This document shows, one piece after another, positions 37,693 to 50,800 of a stretch of DNA of 60,000 nucleotides. The translations under genes were made by a program, and so were the position numbers. The stretch's first letter is position 1, and every line of letters starts with the position of its first letter. The notes under the pieces are model-generated. The model worked only from the letters and a program-made list of their open reading frames with translations. It made no database searches and was not told the DNA's origin. The stretch is from Lytechinus pictus (lineage: Eukaryota), in assembly GCF_037042905.1 (NCBI RefSeq), contig NC_087251.1:32490001-32550000 (forward strand), given 5' to 3'.

Positions 37693-40600
37693 CACTTTAC
37701 AGATTAATTGAAGTTATGTAAATGCTTCAAGGAAAGGCTGTGAAGATAAAATGTCATTTTTTGTTATCCCAACAGGATTTGGGAGTTGTTGATGATGGCT
37801 TTAATCTTTTTTATATTTCATTGTCACCTTTAGTAAATCAATCAAAGTCTTGAGGCGAGACCTTGGTCATGTTATATAAAACAAAATAAAATAATTCTAC
37901 AATTGACTGTACGTTTACTTGTATTATTGTCAGTCTATCAGTTTCATTTGATTTAGATTTAAGTTTAAATAGATCCATGAAACTTTGCATTGCTTATATG
38001 AGGAATGGAAGGGAATAGACAGCTAGATTTAATTCCATGTGTGTATGCTCAAAGGGACAAAGGAGGGATTAATAATTAACCATAGTTTAAAATGAATATT
38101 GGTCAATTTAAAATGACAACTGGGAAATTATAGAACTATTGACCTATTAAATGTTGATTTACTTCAACCCATTACAAAGCAGAATTATATCTAACTTGAA
38201 TTATATAAACCCATTTTCTTTCATTTCATGTCTCTTTACATTCTAGTCAATTTGTTTAATGAATAAATTAAACCATTAAGACTGTTTAGTTTCGACAGAT
38301 TTCAGTAATGTTCTTGAAATCTATGAGTAAGTAAACAAAAACTAGTAACGCAAATGTTTGTGATGGATTAAAAATATGGGAGCATCATTTTGATTGGTTT
38401 CAGCTCAGTGTTATGAACAAAATACAAATGCAATAATGATATTGATTGGTCATTGCCATTTCGCTATCGATTGCAAACATGTTACAGAACTCTAGTGTTA
38501 GTTTAGTTTTATTTTATTTTATTTTTTTTTAGGCTTTTTTTTTTTGGGGGGGGGGTTAATGCAGGTGGGAGACCGTTTTCTCATTTTACCACCTCATGAA
38601 CTAGTGCTTACTTTTATCAAATTTGATCAATTTAAACAATTAAGTATTATCAAGTTTAATTATGAACCAAGAGTAATATTGTATGTGTGTAATGATATGA
38701 TGGATAATATTGTCATTTTTTATGATTTGATGTAAGGATGTATGTGGTTCATATCTCATGAACACCATGTATCTGAAGTCAATTGTTGTTTTGTCTAATA
38801 TTTTTTCCCCCTCATTGGTGTTGGTGTAACTAATCATGAAGATCTTCGTGTAAGATAATTTGCTGCCAAATTAACTTTTGTGTGCCACAATTTTACCAGA
38901 AATAAACAATTTCAGCCAAATAAATTATATTTTGATCGTCATGAGATTCATTTTGTATCATTACTTGTAAGATTAATGTAATAATCATCGGATATATTTT
39001 ATAGTTTAAATACTTCAACTTGCCAATTTACATTGAGACTACATTACGTCAGTTGCCCAATTTTCATTTTCACTCACATATACATGTATATCTCAAACAT
39101 AGGACAGCAAAATGAAGAGAATGAAACTACTGTTTTAATCAAATACAAATACAATCTTTATTTACAAACTTGTACAAAATCTTACACTTTACATATAGTA
39201 TTACATGATACAATATCTAATTTTTGGCAATCTGTACAAAACAAATAGATACATTAATAAACCTGCATTAGAAATACATGTATTTATGAAGTACAATATA
39301 TATCATGACACTAACATACATGTAATAAATGAACGATGTGAATGGAGAAATAAAGTCTATTGCACAAATATATATCTTTCAACATGAAATTAAAATTTTC
39401 TCTAGTTGATGACTATTCATATACCAATACTTTAGAACAATCATCCCATAGAATTAAGATTGCATGTGTATCAGTATATCTGCCTGTCTGCCCCCTTTCT
39501 CTACCCCCCCCCCCCCCCCCCACTATATCTACATCCCCAAGTGATGATTACATCAAAGTCGGGGGGAAAAACATGATGAAAAATTGCTATACCATAGAGC
39601 ATTCATATCTTCTAGATTTTGTACATAAACTTAATATTCTCTTCACCAAAGTCCACTCTAATACTGTTGATATATCATCTTTACACCGCTACATTCAACA
39701 CGATATCATGTACTAATGCTATTATTCCATAAAATGTGTACGTCCGACCCCCTATATGTGGGGCCTTCGTGAAATTTTCTGTCTCTGATTTCTTGTTCGT
39801 TTGACAGTAATCTTCTCAAGGGTCCATGACTTGGTCAGTTTATGAGGTGAAGTAAAACTTGAGAAAAATGTGGGTCGGACGTACAAAAAGGTTGATTATT
39901 TTATGGAATTGCCCCTATACAAGTAGTTTTTCTTACACACTGCCCAGTATCACATAGCAATATAATCCATGGTAAAATAATTTAATTAAACAGGATTATA
40001 AGGAGACAACCCCCCCCCCCTCCCAAAATAACTTGTGCTTTCGTTCCTGTCTAATGGGTAGTGAAATAGCCTAATAGAATAGTATTTGGAGTGTACCTGC
40101 ACCCAATACATGTAATAAAATTCCATGCAGAGTAATTATTCGATATTACATGAATAACATCCTATGAGCATGATCTAGAGTTCACAGCATGCACCGTCTA
40201 CATTTATCAGTAAGATGTGTTGATGACTATGTAGTTGTACATTTTTTCAATTTTTTTCAAATCGACTGAATCATTTCAAGAAAAATGTATTTTAGAGATT
40301 AAAAAAACTTAAGTAATTGATCCATGTATTTCACAATTATCGTTTCTTTTTTATCAAGTTATCTCCATTTTCTTATAAAACAATGTATTTACACTTCAAT
40401 TCCCTTTAATTATCACCTTGTCAATAAATCAATTGTATAGCCCCCAGAAGAAAGAAACCCATCAATATCTTCTATTTCACCTTTTTTGCATTTTTAAAAA
40501 CTATTTTCTGTTGTTTTGGTTTTAGAATAAACCAAATAAATTGTAACAGCCATCTTTGTTCTGTATAATATTTCCTTTATAACAAGTCAAATGTCTCTGT

Positions 40601-40748
40601 ATAACCTATTTAAATCTCACGATATTGCAAAGTTTTCTCCATGTTCATCGAGGTCATAATGTCAGTTACCATAATTAACCACTACATGTTTTTTTACTTG
40701 ACAACATTTCTGAATTAGTGGCGTTTTGCTTCTGATTACAGAGTCGTT

Positions 40749-41840
40749 TCAAAACAGAAAGGCACCATTGTCATACTGGAATCTCGGTAGTGAAGCTCCT
40801 GAAGAGGAATCCGCTCTACTATGTCCTCCGTTAAAACTATATCGAAAGACATTACTATGAGGTCTTGAAACGGCACCACTGTTTAATGGCAACATGTGTT
40901 GCTCTGCTGATGCTGAAGTGTTCTTTGTGGTGGTGTTCAGTGATGTTGAGGTGGTCAACGGTACTTTCCTACGAGGGCTCCTTGGTAAGGGTGCGGTTGA
41001 GCAGCGGTCAGGGGGTGCAGGTGACCGCAGTCGCCTTTCAGCCGTATTTGTATGTCTGTCCAGGGTTCCAGAACCTAGAACTCGCTCGACATCAGGGAAT
41101 GCTTCGTTTCTATGGTATGCACTCAGTCGAGAAGGTGACGGAAGAGAGTTTTGTGGCCACCAGGTGAGCGAGGCACGTGACAGAGCCAAGTCCTGGGGTT
41201 TTCCTCCAAAATATCCACTAGCACTCTTTGGCCATGTACACACAACGCGCCGTGTCCCGGGTAAATTTTGTCTCCGATGTTCTGAAAAGATTGCGCATAA
41301 ATGGTAGATTTGGAGAACAAGAATAAAGACGTTTTTACCTGCGAAGAAGAAAGTTGTTTCATCAAATTCGTTGAACCGGATTAAAAAGTAGATCCGCATG
41401 ACAAGGAATGGCCCATCCTGCAAGAAGATGGCCACCACGATGTCTTTGATCTCCCAAGGACATACCGACAAGAGACTTGAGCCGGTGGTGCCATCCCAGC
41501 TAAGGTCTTCTGATGAACTCCAGATAGTTGTGCTGCATGGTCCTAGGGTGTACTGCAGGAGACTCCAAGACCAGATGACCATGACGGCCAGGAGCAGGAC
41601 CCTATCGCAGGTCAAGACCTCAACACGCATACCCTCTGAGACGAACTCGAGTATATCAGCAGCAGAAGCAATATAGACCAGCATCATCAAGGTCAGGTGT
41701 TCTCTTGAAACCTCTGAGGAACCAATCTTTGGGAGCAGGAACCGCTCCAGGACCAGCAGAAGTAGGAGAGATTGGTGGATGATCAGAAGCCATGATGAGG
41801 TCGTCATGGAGAGGAGCGATGCTGGCTCAATGTCAATCAA
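40749..41840 (-). CDS. TMEM26: TMEM26-like terminal coding exon
   Basis: ttttcatgcag acceptor at 41841-41843, 1092 nt to TGA. Confidence 0.9.
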   Translation of the reverse strand: MIDIEPASLLSMTTSSWLLIIHQSLLLLLVLERFLLPKIGSSEVSREHLTLMMLVYIASAADILEFVSEGMRVEVLTCDRVLLLAVMVIWSWSLLQYTLGPCSTTIWSSSEDLSWDGTTGSSLLSVCPWEIKDIVVAIFLQDGPFLVMRIYFLIRFNEFDETTFFFAGKNVFILVLQIYHLCAIFSEHRRQNLPGTRRVVCTWPKSASGYFGGKPQDLALSRASLTWWPQNSLPSPSRLSAYHRNEAFPDVERVLGSGTLDRHTNTAERRLRSPAPPDRCSTAPLPRSPRRKVPLTTSTSLNTTTKNTSASAEQHMLPLNSGAVSRPHSNVFRYSFNGGHSRADSSSGASLPRFQYDNGAFLF

Positions 41841-44800
41841 CTGCATGAAAAGATAAGAACAAAGCAAAAATAGACAATGAATGAATTCATACGGAATGTA
41901 CAAAATTTAGAAACATGTTTCTTTTTATGATGTAAAACATAATTTTTCAAGAAATCACATTAAACAACTGCAGAGTTAAATGATCATTGCATGTTATTGA
42001 GCACTGCAGCTCTTGCAATTCAAGGGGAAAAAAACTTGTCAAGTTTCAAATGAAATGAAGCTTAAAGGGTGAGAACAAGGTTTCCATCAAGATGTCCCCT
42101 TTCTTCCTATCTGTACGAATCTGGTAAGAAGCCAACAATGACTCGGTTAACATCCTATTCAATAGATTAAAAACATCCTTGAGTAGTATAAGAAAAAAAA
42201 ATCATTTCCTTCTCATGACGGCCATTTCTCGGTCAATTTCTAGTGAACCAAAATAGCTTTAGTAAATGTGTCTCATTTGATCGTGGGAGGATTCCAACAC
42301 GCGATCTTGTGTCTATTTACAATGGCAAGTGAGTTTGCCAATACATGAGGATTTTGAAGTTTTTTCCCGCGCTTGTGTATTTTCAATTACGCGCATGGGT
42401 TGATCAACAAGAGATGAACTTAGAGATCGAGTATAGGGATACATACCCCCTGAAATCTATTCATTCCATATTTGAATAAGAAATGGTAAAGAATGATTTA
42501 GATTAAATTACAAATCAATCTGGAGTTGATTTAATAGGTTTTGTTTTAACATTTAGAAAATCCATTTAACTCTCGATCTTTCAAAGAGAAAACTGACATG
42601 AATGATATGCCGTTATTTCTTCTTTTTTTACATCCCAATATTAAGCTTTTTTAATCACCTTTCCTTGTTTCATGCTATTTTGAAGACAGTAATTTACTAT
42701 ATGATCTCACTATTGCTACATATCAAATATGACCAAAAAAAATTAATGACAAACTCTACAATAGACGACAGCAAATTTTTAACTTTCATAATAAATAGAA
42801 ATGAATTTCTCCTGTCAAGTTTCAAAGTCTTTCCCTTTTGGATACTCTGAAATCCAACTTTCCAAAATAGAAGGCGTCAATCCAACGTTTCCTATGACAA
42901 TTCATATTCATACTGCTGCGTTATGACTTGATCATGATGATATATACGACATATATAAAAAGAAGGAGGGGGGGAGAGAAATAAGTGTGAGAGGAATGAG
43001 GAGAGGGTAGAAAGTATATGGGGAAAATAGCATTAAAACAATGGGAGAAAATTGGAATTGAGAGAGAGAGAGAAATGTGAGATAAACTTCTTTTTTAATT
43101 TGAATGTACACTCTTAAAAATGTTGGGCAACATACGGTCCACACAACAATTGGTTAAAACTTTATCCAATTCTGGGTAGTTTTACACCAATAATGTGTGC
43201 TTTGGGTGAAAACTACACAGTATTGGTGTAAAACTACCCAGAATTGGATAAAGTTTTAACCAATTGTTGTGTGGACCGTATGTTGCCCAACATTTTTAAG
43301 AGTGTAAGAATCAGAGACTGAATGACACAGAGATACTGTAAGGAGGAGAGAATATAGAGAGATGGAAAGTGGAATAATTTACATGTAATAATCATAAGAA
43401 AGGACGGTGTTAAAACTGAAAAGGGGGATGGACAGAGAGGGGGCTGTATGAGACACTCAGAGAGGGAGAGACAAGCGAATTTTGACAGAAAGAAGTACCA
43501 TCCAAAGCCTAGATCGTGCAGACGAACAGAAGGCACACTTTTCATATTCATATCTCTCGGGATCTTGTCTAATTCACACTGACAAAAGCCAATGATTCAC
43601 ACGACAATCAAATTAAAGATGAAACACAGGAACAAAAGTCGGCGACTCTTAGACCATGCACTCATCACTGATTGAGACATCATGGTCCTACAAAGACCAA
43701 TGTCGAAGACAACCTGACATTTTTTATGTTTCGTCGTAAACTTCAAATTTCTTTCGTTTTTAGTTTCCTTCCTCGTTAAGGAGCCATTTTCCATATTAGT
43801 CAGTTTCCGTGCTAAGAAGTTGCGGATTGAACGATTTTTCAGAATGAAAATTGAATTATGGAGAATCTTTCCTGAAGGTCCGAAGAGGAAATGAGACACA
43901 AAGTGACCAATGCACTAGAAATCTAACGATTTTGATGAGTCTATAATCATCAATCTCTTACCGGTCAAATTTAAATCATCTTTCCCGATAATCAACATGT
44001 CCGGACATTATTTATTAAGATATCAAGACTGCAATCCCAAATATTCGAATATCTTAAGAGAATAATCAACTTTTATATCATTTTCAGTCTAATATTTGAA
44101 GGGAAGACAATTTTGTTCACAAATAAAATATCAAATATTGCCTCTTGCGTGCGTTTTGATTTGTTTCAGGGGGATTTTTTGGAAGGACTCTAACAATAGT
44201 CCTATATAGTCGTTGACCTTTCCGTCATTTGTTTTATTCCTGAGGAATTGTTTTTTTTTTTAGTCCTTATAATTGTTTATACATGTTATGTTATTGTTTA
44301 TTGACATCGGTCAGACGGACGCTTGACTCCCACGAAACGTCGGTCTAATGCATTCAAGATGTTAACTGCAGCTATAGTAGACGGAATGAAATATGAGTAC
44401 TTAACAGATAATTACATCCTCTTCATATTTCTGACCTATCAAACAGCATGACCACTGATAGTTAGCAGTTGTCGATCGCACATATGAAACCAGTACGACA
44501 AAATTAATTGACCATTAAATGCTAAGAATTAAGCATTATAGACACCAAGCCTTGGGCGACACGCTTTGTTTAAAAGTATATATGGCTGGCGACATTTGCC
44601 GACATTTTATAATTAAGCGGTCAGCGAATTTGTCACTTATCATATTTCATGAAATTTTTTGGAGAACATTGATATATGAGATTATTGATTGTAAACAAGA
44701 AGATCTTTATCACATGCAAGAAAACTAATACTGACGGGAGCCTTTTTGCAAAGTTTTGCTCAATATTATAAAGTATAGTTTCCATCGAAATCTACCTCTG

Positions 44801-47800
44801 GTTTTACGATGTAGTGTTTTTTTATTTTTTATTCCCCGATACGATGGAACAAGGGAGAAGATTTTTAATCAGTATAGTTCCATCAAGGGAATCATAGTGA
44901 TTTGTTAAGTCTGAAAATTGTTTCCACACTGACTGTTAAATTGGGTGCTCATTTTGTTTTCTAGTCGCCCTGACCACCGGATCTCTAAGGCGTGTTGTCA
45001 AAAGTGTGCGTGCGTCTTTACCTTTATATTCTACGGCGAACCCGCTGAGCGTGCCATTGTCCATTTTTCTTTCCTACGGGTCAGTGCTCTTGCCATTCAA
45101 GACGCCAGCGTGCCCTTTTGCAGCGAAAACGGAAGCGTTCGCTTTTATCTTTTCTTCTGACATGCTTCGGTTGGCTCTCCGATAAAATGTTTTTGCATTA
45201 GCGCCCTCTATGTTCACGATATCGGCGTTTTAGGCAAACTATTGAACGCCCGATCTCTAGTCACTGATCTGAATATCATTGTGTCCTTGTATCGGTGTGC
45301 CTAGTCCATTGGGGGTACATTTTCCAAAGTTACGCTTTCACAATTTCTTTTTATAGTTTTTCGTTTCAGGTTTCAGTAGTGACAAAGTTCAATTAGATTT
45401 AGATTTGATTTTTTTTAAATAGAACGAGTTGCTTTATTTTGAAGAATATACCGTTAAGACACTGACTTTCTAAAAGTAAATGTTCAGGCGCGGGTAAGAT
45501 TTTTTTTCATCACACTGAGCCCACACAGTCAGCATTGTCGGGTGAAAAGGAAAAATATGGAATCGTCCTTAACTTCTTTGTAAACGAAATGCAAAACCCT
45601 TTGCAAAAGATGCAATATAAATCATACCTGGGTCCCAAAATGATGGCATTTAAATATCTACATTGAAACGCTATACTGTGACAAAAAATAATAAACTCAT
45701 AAAATGCAAGCGTTTTTGTGGGAAAATGGACAAGGGCATCGTTGAAATTCATATTTGAGCTAAACATAGGCCTATATCTAATTTAGCCAAAGTGCACAAC
45801 AATTTTACTCTTATTATACATTATGTTTAAACATTAACATGCTAGAAACGTATATATTCACACATAATACAGATGTCGTTCAAAACAAACGAATAAAATA
45901 TCATTAATTTGAACTTTTAAAAATTAAATTGGATGCTCAAGCAGTCATATCGGTCATTGTTGATTAAATGCACAATTCTTGAATTTCATTGCCCGAAATT
46001 TAGAACAAAAAGTATTTTCGTTACTTTGTAAGACCATTACAAACATCTTTACTTTCAAACGAAATCAAAAGCACTTAACAATTTAGTATAAAAATTATCA
46101 AATTTGAGGTAGTCTTGACCATGAATTGAGTTGAATGTTTATAAAGGAATTATAGCGTATTTTAATGAATCCCATTCTAAACTTTGAATGACCGATGTCT
46201 CCGGGGAAAAAATATCGCGTGAATTAAAATGCAAATTAACACATTTAAGTGACTCTGACATGAAATTGGACATGAAAACCTATATTATCTTTTTACCTGG
46301 GATCCGTCTTTATTCTCTTATCAATTTCCCATGTGATCTAGAGTACTAAGTGACCAAGTGTTCTTGATTACCATCCAGCAGACACAGAACCGAAGGGGGT
46401 CTGGGCTGAAGCCTCCACACTCTTTTTCCTCCAAATAGCGTACAAAACGTAAAAAGTACCATGATTTTATGCATGGTGATCCCCTTCAAAACCGTTCGGC
46501 GGTTGGGGAAGGCTTAATTATTTCTTTCAATTTTTCAGTTCTACTCACAATATTTAATTTTGTCAACTTAATTTTAATAGCTTCTTTTTTTTCATCCAAC
46601 TTCATTTCTTCCTTTGAATTTTTCTAAACCTTTTCTATACTTATTTTTTTAACCTTCACGTTTGACTTATACAGTAGTGCATATTGCCGTTGATTTCTTC
46701 TTCCTATCAAATATCTGAATTTATCTGCAATATGTGTGTGTCAAATTATTGCAAATTAGATTCCCAGTGTCTAAGGTAAACATAATTTACCGACGTAAAG
46801 TTTGTAATACGAAAGCCTCTTTGGCCTAGTTTCCCTTCCAACTTTGTACTTCACCTCTTAATCGTATAGCTGTATTCTGTATAGCTTGCAAATTTAAATA
46901 CTTTTACACAAAAAAAAAATCAATAAACGTTCAGGAAATGGTAATGTCTCGGTCACATTTGCTCTCCGGCGGCCGTACGGCGAGTCGAAAACAGCCGTTT
47001 TATTCATTTTTATTCAAACCACCTATATTTAGCTGGTACAAAAACTGTTGAAACGACTGTTTTCGACTCGCCGTACGGCCGCCGTAGAACAAATGTGACC
47101 GAGGTATTAGGCATACTAGATCAAGAAGGATGGAGTGTATGCTGGCGCAGATCCTGCCGAATTAACACAATACAATCTAATAGGCGCCGTATTTATTTTG
47201 AACAATAGTTGGCCTCTCAAAAGTATTGTGGTCTATTCTGTGACCTCTACTATTGTAAGCGCTTTGGGCCTAATGGGAAAAGCGCAGTACAAATAATAAG
47301 TAATAATAATAATAACAATAATACTAAAAGAAGTCAGTTGGTCTATATTCTGCACCTGGAGGGTACAGTAGTGATACGGGGGGGGGGGGGGGTGGCATCC
47401 GGCCCTTGCGCCCTCCCCCTTTGAGAGTCATTATCAATTGCTAATGTAAATATGCCATTTTTACACAAGTGTGCCCCCCCTTTGAAACTCACAGCATGTA
47501 TTTTAATGAGGATATGTCGTTCATGCACAAGTGAGGACCTTCACTTTCGCCTGGTAAACACCCCTTTTCCAAATATATTTGATTATCAAAATGCACGGAG
47601 AGATGATAGGCAAATAATATAACTCGAATGTTAATATTAAGAGTAGACCTATAAGGAGGGAAGTTACATGGTTAATTAAAAATGTGTTGATAAAATATCA
47701 GTGGAACGTTATGTTATAATTTGCTGCGCCAAACAGGTTTTATGTAATATTGCTCTTTATAAAGACAAGTATTAAACTACATTAAATGTCGAAATGCTGA

Positions 47801-50800
47801 GATGTATAATGGAAACCATATTAAAATACACATTACGAAAAGAACCAAAATCAAGGCTCTAGTATGGGGACAAAACGAGAACAAGAAAACTACCCATTTG
47901 ATGCTCATTTTAATTCCCCGAAAGCCGGACGTTGAAAATGACCTGGGCCAGTGCATTGCTAGCTGTATTTAATGGGAGAGCTCGGCTTACCCCATTGTCA
48001 AGGTAGATTTAAATTACCCCATTCTTGATTGGGGAGATTACCCTATTGTTGAACATAGAGGTGGTCTGACTGGTGGCGGATTTCAATAGAAGGATGACCC
48101 CTTGATTGGTGGGGGTATTTCAATGGGAGATTACCACTTTGTCAGCGCGGGTGACTGTCTTAATACTTTGATGTGTCCCCGATGTGTCTTTTAATCGAAC
48201 ACCGTGTTTGCAACTAATCCCAATTAATAAGACTATTTGGCATCAAAATGAAAGTCTAACTTCCATCCTTTTCATAGATTTCGTTTGAAAATACTTACAG
48301 TGTACGTTTATAAGGTAAACTTGAAATATGAGAAGGCGCTTATAATATGTAAACCAAATATGATTTGTTCATAAGTATCTTTATAATAAATGTTTTCAAA
48401 ATCGAGTTTCATAGAACAGATGTATAATACTCGATTTAATAACAACCATAATATTTCAAAGTCATCGAGAGGGTAAGTATCAGACTAAATAATGCAAGCG
48501 TGATTTGTTCAGGCGCTGGTAAGATTTTTCTTTTCAATCCCACTGAGCCTGATCTCTTTTTTTTTCATACAAAAGCCGGGATAGACATGTGGTTAAATAA
48601 GCATTAATTGGATTCGTGCTTTCGGGAAAACAGTATTTATTTACGAGCAAGAACATTGAAGTGTTCAGTGTTGGCACCGGTTGGTGTCACTAAAATAGGG
48701 CATTTTTGACCCGTTTAAAACGTGACGTTAAAAAATTAAGGTCTTTACTTGTGTTTGAACAACATATTCATATTACAGATATTTGCTGTGACTCTCAAAA
48801 AGTGAGTACACTTGCAGGGGCGGAACCAGCCTTCGCCAAAGGGGGGGGGGGGTCTTTTTAACCACATACCCCCGATCAGCCGCTCAAATATGATTTTTGT
48901 TTGTTTAAATGAATGTAAAATAATCTCATAAGCCTTATTTAAATAGTGCGAGCGCGAAGCTCGAGCTATTGTTTAAATTATTATTCCATGTATTTTGTCC
49001 TAAAATGGCATTCTGGCAATGCTTGTGATCCTAAACGAGATGAGTAAATTTAATATACGCTTTGATCATTCTGATAAAAAAAAAAGATATGTTAACGGCT
49101 GATTGCAGTTAGCCATGAAGACATTACATATTTCAACAGTCAAATAACGCGAGCGCGAAGCGCGAGCTGAAAATTTTGACCTTTCTACCTGAAGAATTGA
49201 AATTCTAAGCAATTTTTGTAATCATGAAAAAGTTGAATATATAACAAAGCAATTGATGCGAGCGCGAAGCGCAAGCGGAAAATTCGAGATTTGTAGGAAA
49301 ATTGTGAGTGGATATGGATCACAGTTAAAAAGGAGCTGATATGTTTCATTATTATTACTTTGAGTTTGACATACATGTAGGACCGGGACATTCTAAGAAC
49401 ATTATTCTATCGTATGAAAATTATGACTGTCTTCCTATTTCTCTTCCTATCAATGCGCTAGATGAAACTTGTCGATATTCCATTCTGAAAAAGGAACAAT
49501 TTAAAGCGCTTTTGTAATAATGAATAAGATGCATGAGTTAATATATTTTTAACAATCAATGTGCGCGCATATCGCCAGCCGAAAATTGTTGATAAACTGT
49601 CATAAAATGGAGATTTGAAGTAGTTTGTTATAGAACTAATATTTAAATTTTTATAACTCACCAATCAAAATGCTAGCATGCAGCGCTAGCTGATACGTTT
49701 TTACAATCTGACATGAATAGGAATATTTTTATAAGTATATGGAATACAGGAAAATAATAGGTACCTGGAAATCAAATTTTGTGAGCGCGCAGCGCAAGCA
49801 GAAAATGTTTATATTCAGACAATAAAAAAGAATTTTTTACAGAACACTTTTTTTTAAATGAAAGTTCAATTTCCGAGCTGAAATATGTTATGTATATTGA
49901 CTTCAAAATTTGATATTTAAAGTTCCATATAGGTAAACTACCTAAAAGGTAATGCGAGCGCAAAGCACGAGCGAAAATTTTATATAATGACATGAAAGAT
50001 TTTTTTTTATTGTTTTCGAAGTCTTCCCCTCATCTTATTTATTCACTCGTTTTCCTCCTCTCATGTTTACCATTTTTTCTCCCCTCTTTTCCCGTTTTTG
50101 GTCTTTCTTTCCCCCTTTTTTTGCTCCGCCAATAGGGGGAGGAGGGAGGGCGGACCCCTTGCCCCACCCCTGGATCCAACTCTGGAACAATCTACCAAAA
50201 AGTATTAAACAAGCAGATTCAAGAGAGAAATTCAAATCCGTGTTAAAACTTTTTTTGTTAAATATAGCTTTCCCTCCGCATGTGAAGCCCCTCAATTGTT
50301 TACAGCCTACTGTGAACTGTACAACTACTTTATTTTTTGGTGAAATTCCTTCTCTCTATATATTTTTTCCTTAGCGTTTAGATAAATGTTTTGTTCTAAG
50401 TGGTATACAAATAATGTAAATTAGTGGCGTGCGTTTCCCGATCTCCGTATCGAAATCAATATTAATGAGAGAGCGCAATTCCATTGTTTTCGCTCTAATG
50501 GGGGAGGGGAGGGGGAGAGGGTCAGTGTTCAATCAAGCAAAAGACGTAGGCCTATATGTGCATAAGTCCATGTCATTGGTGTAATGATAAAGATGATGAA
50601 TCTGATGAATTCTGTTTGTCGACGTTATAATAAAGTTAATACAATCAATATGATTCAGGCGTACACCGCTTTAACTGCATGGTATCATGCATCTAGAAAT
50701 CGAAATAGCCAATGTATTCAAAACGTACGTAGCCGGGATGGCATGCAGTTCGGATGTTACAGTACTATAACATTAGAATAATCTCGTATTACAAATGTCA

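Noticed and set aside
40865..41676. Plus-strand ORFs overlapping the TMEM26-like exon
   Set aside because: Antisense shadows of a GC-richer coding exon.
44300..44350. Possible third hammerhead (cgaaacgtcggtc)
   Set aside because: No CUGANGA core or convincing stem II upstream.
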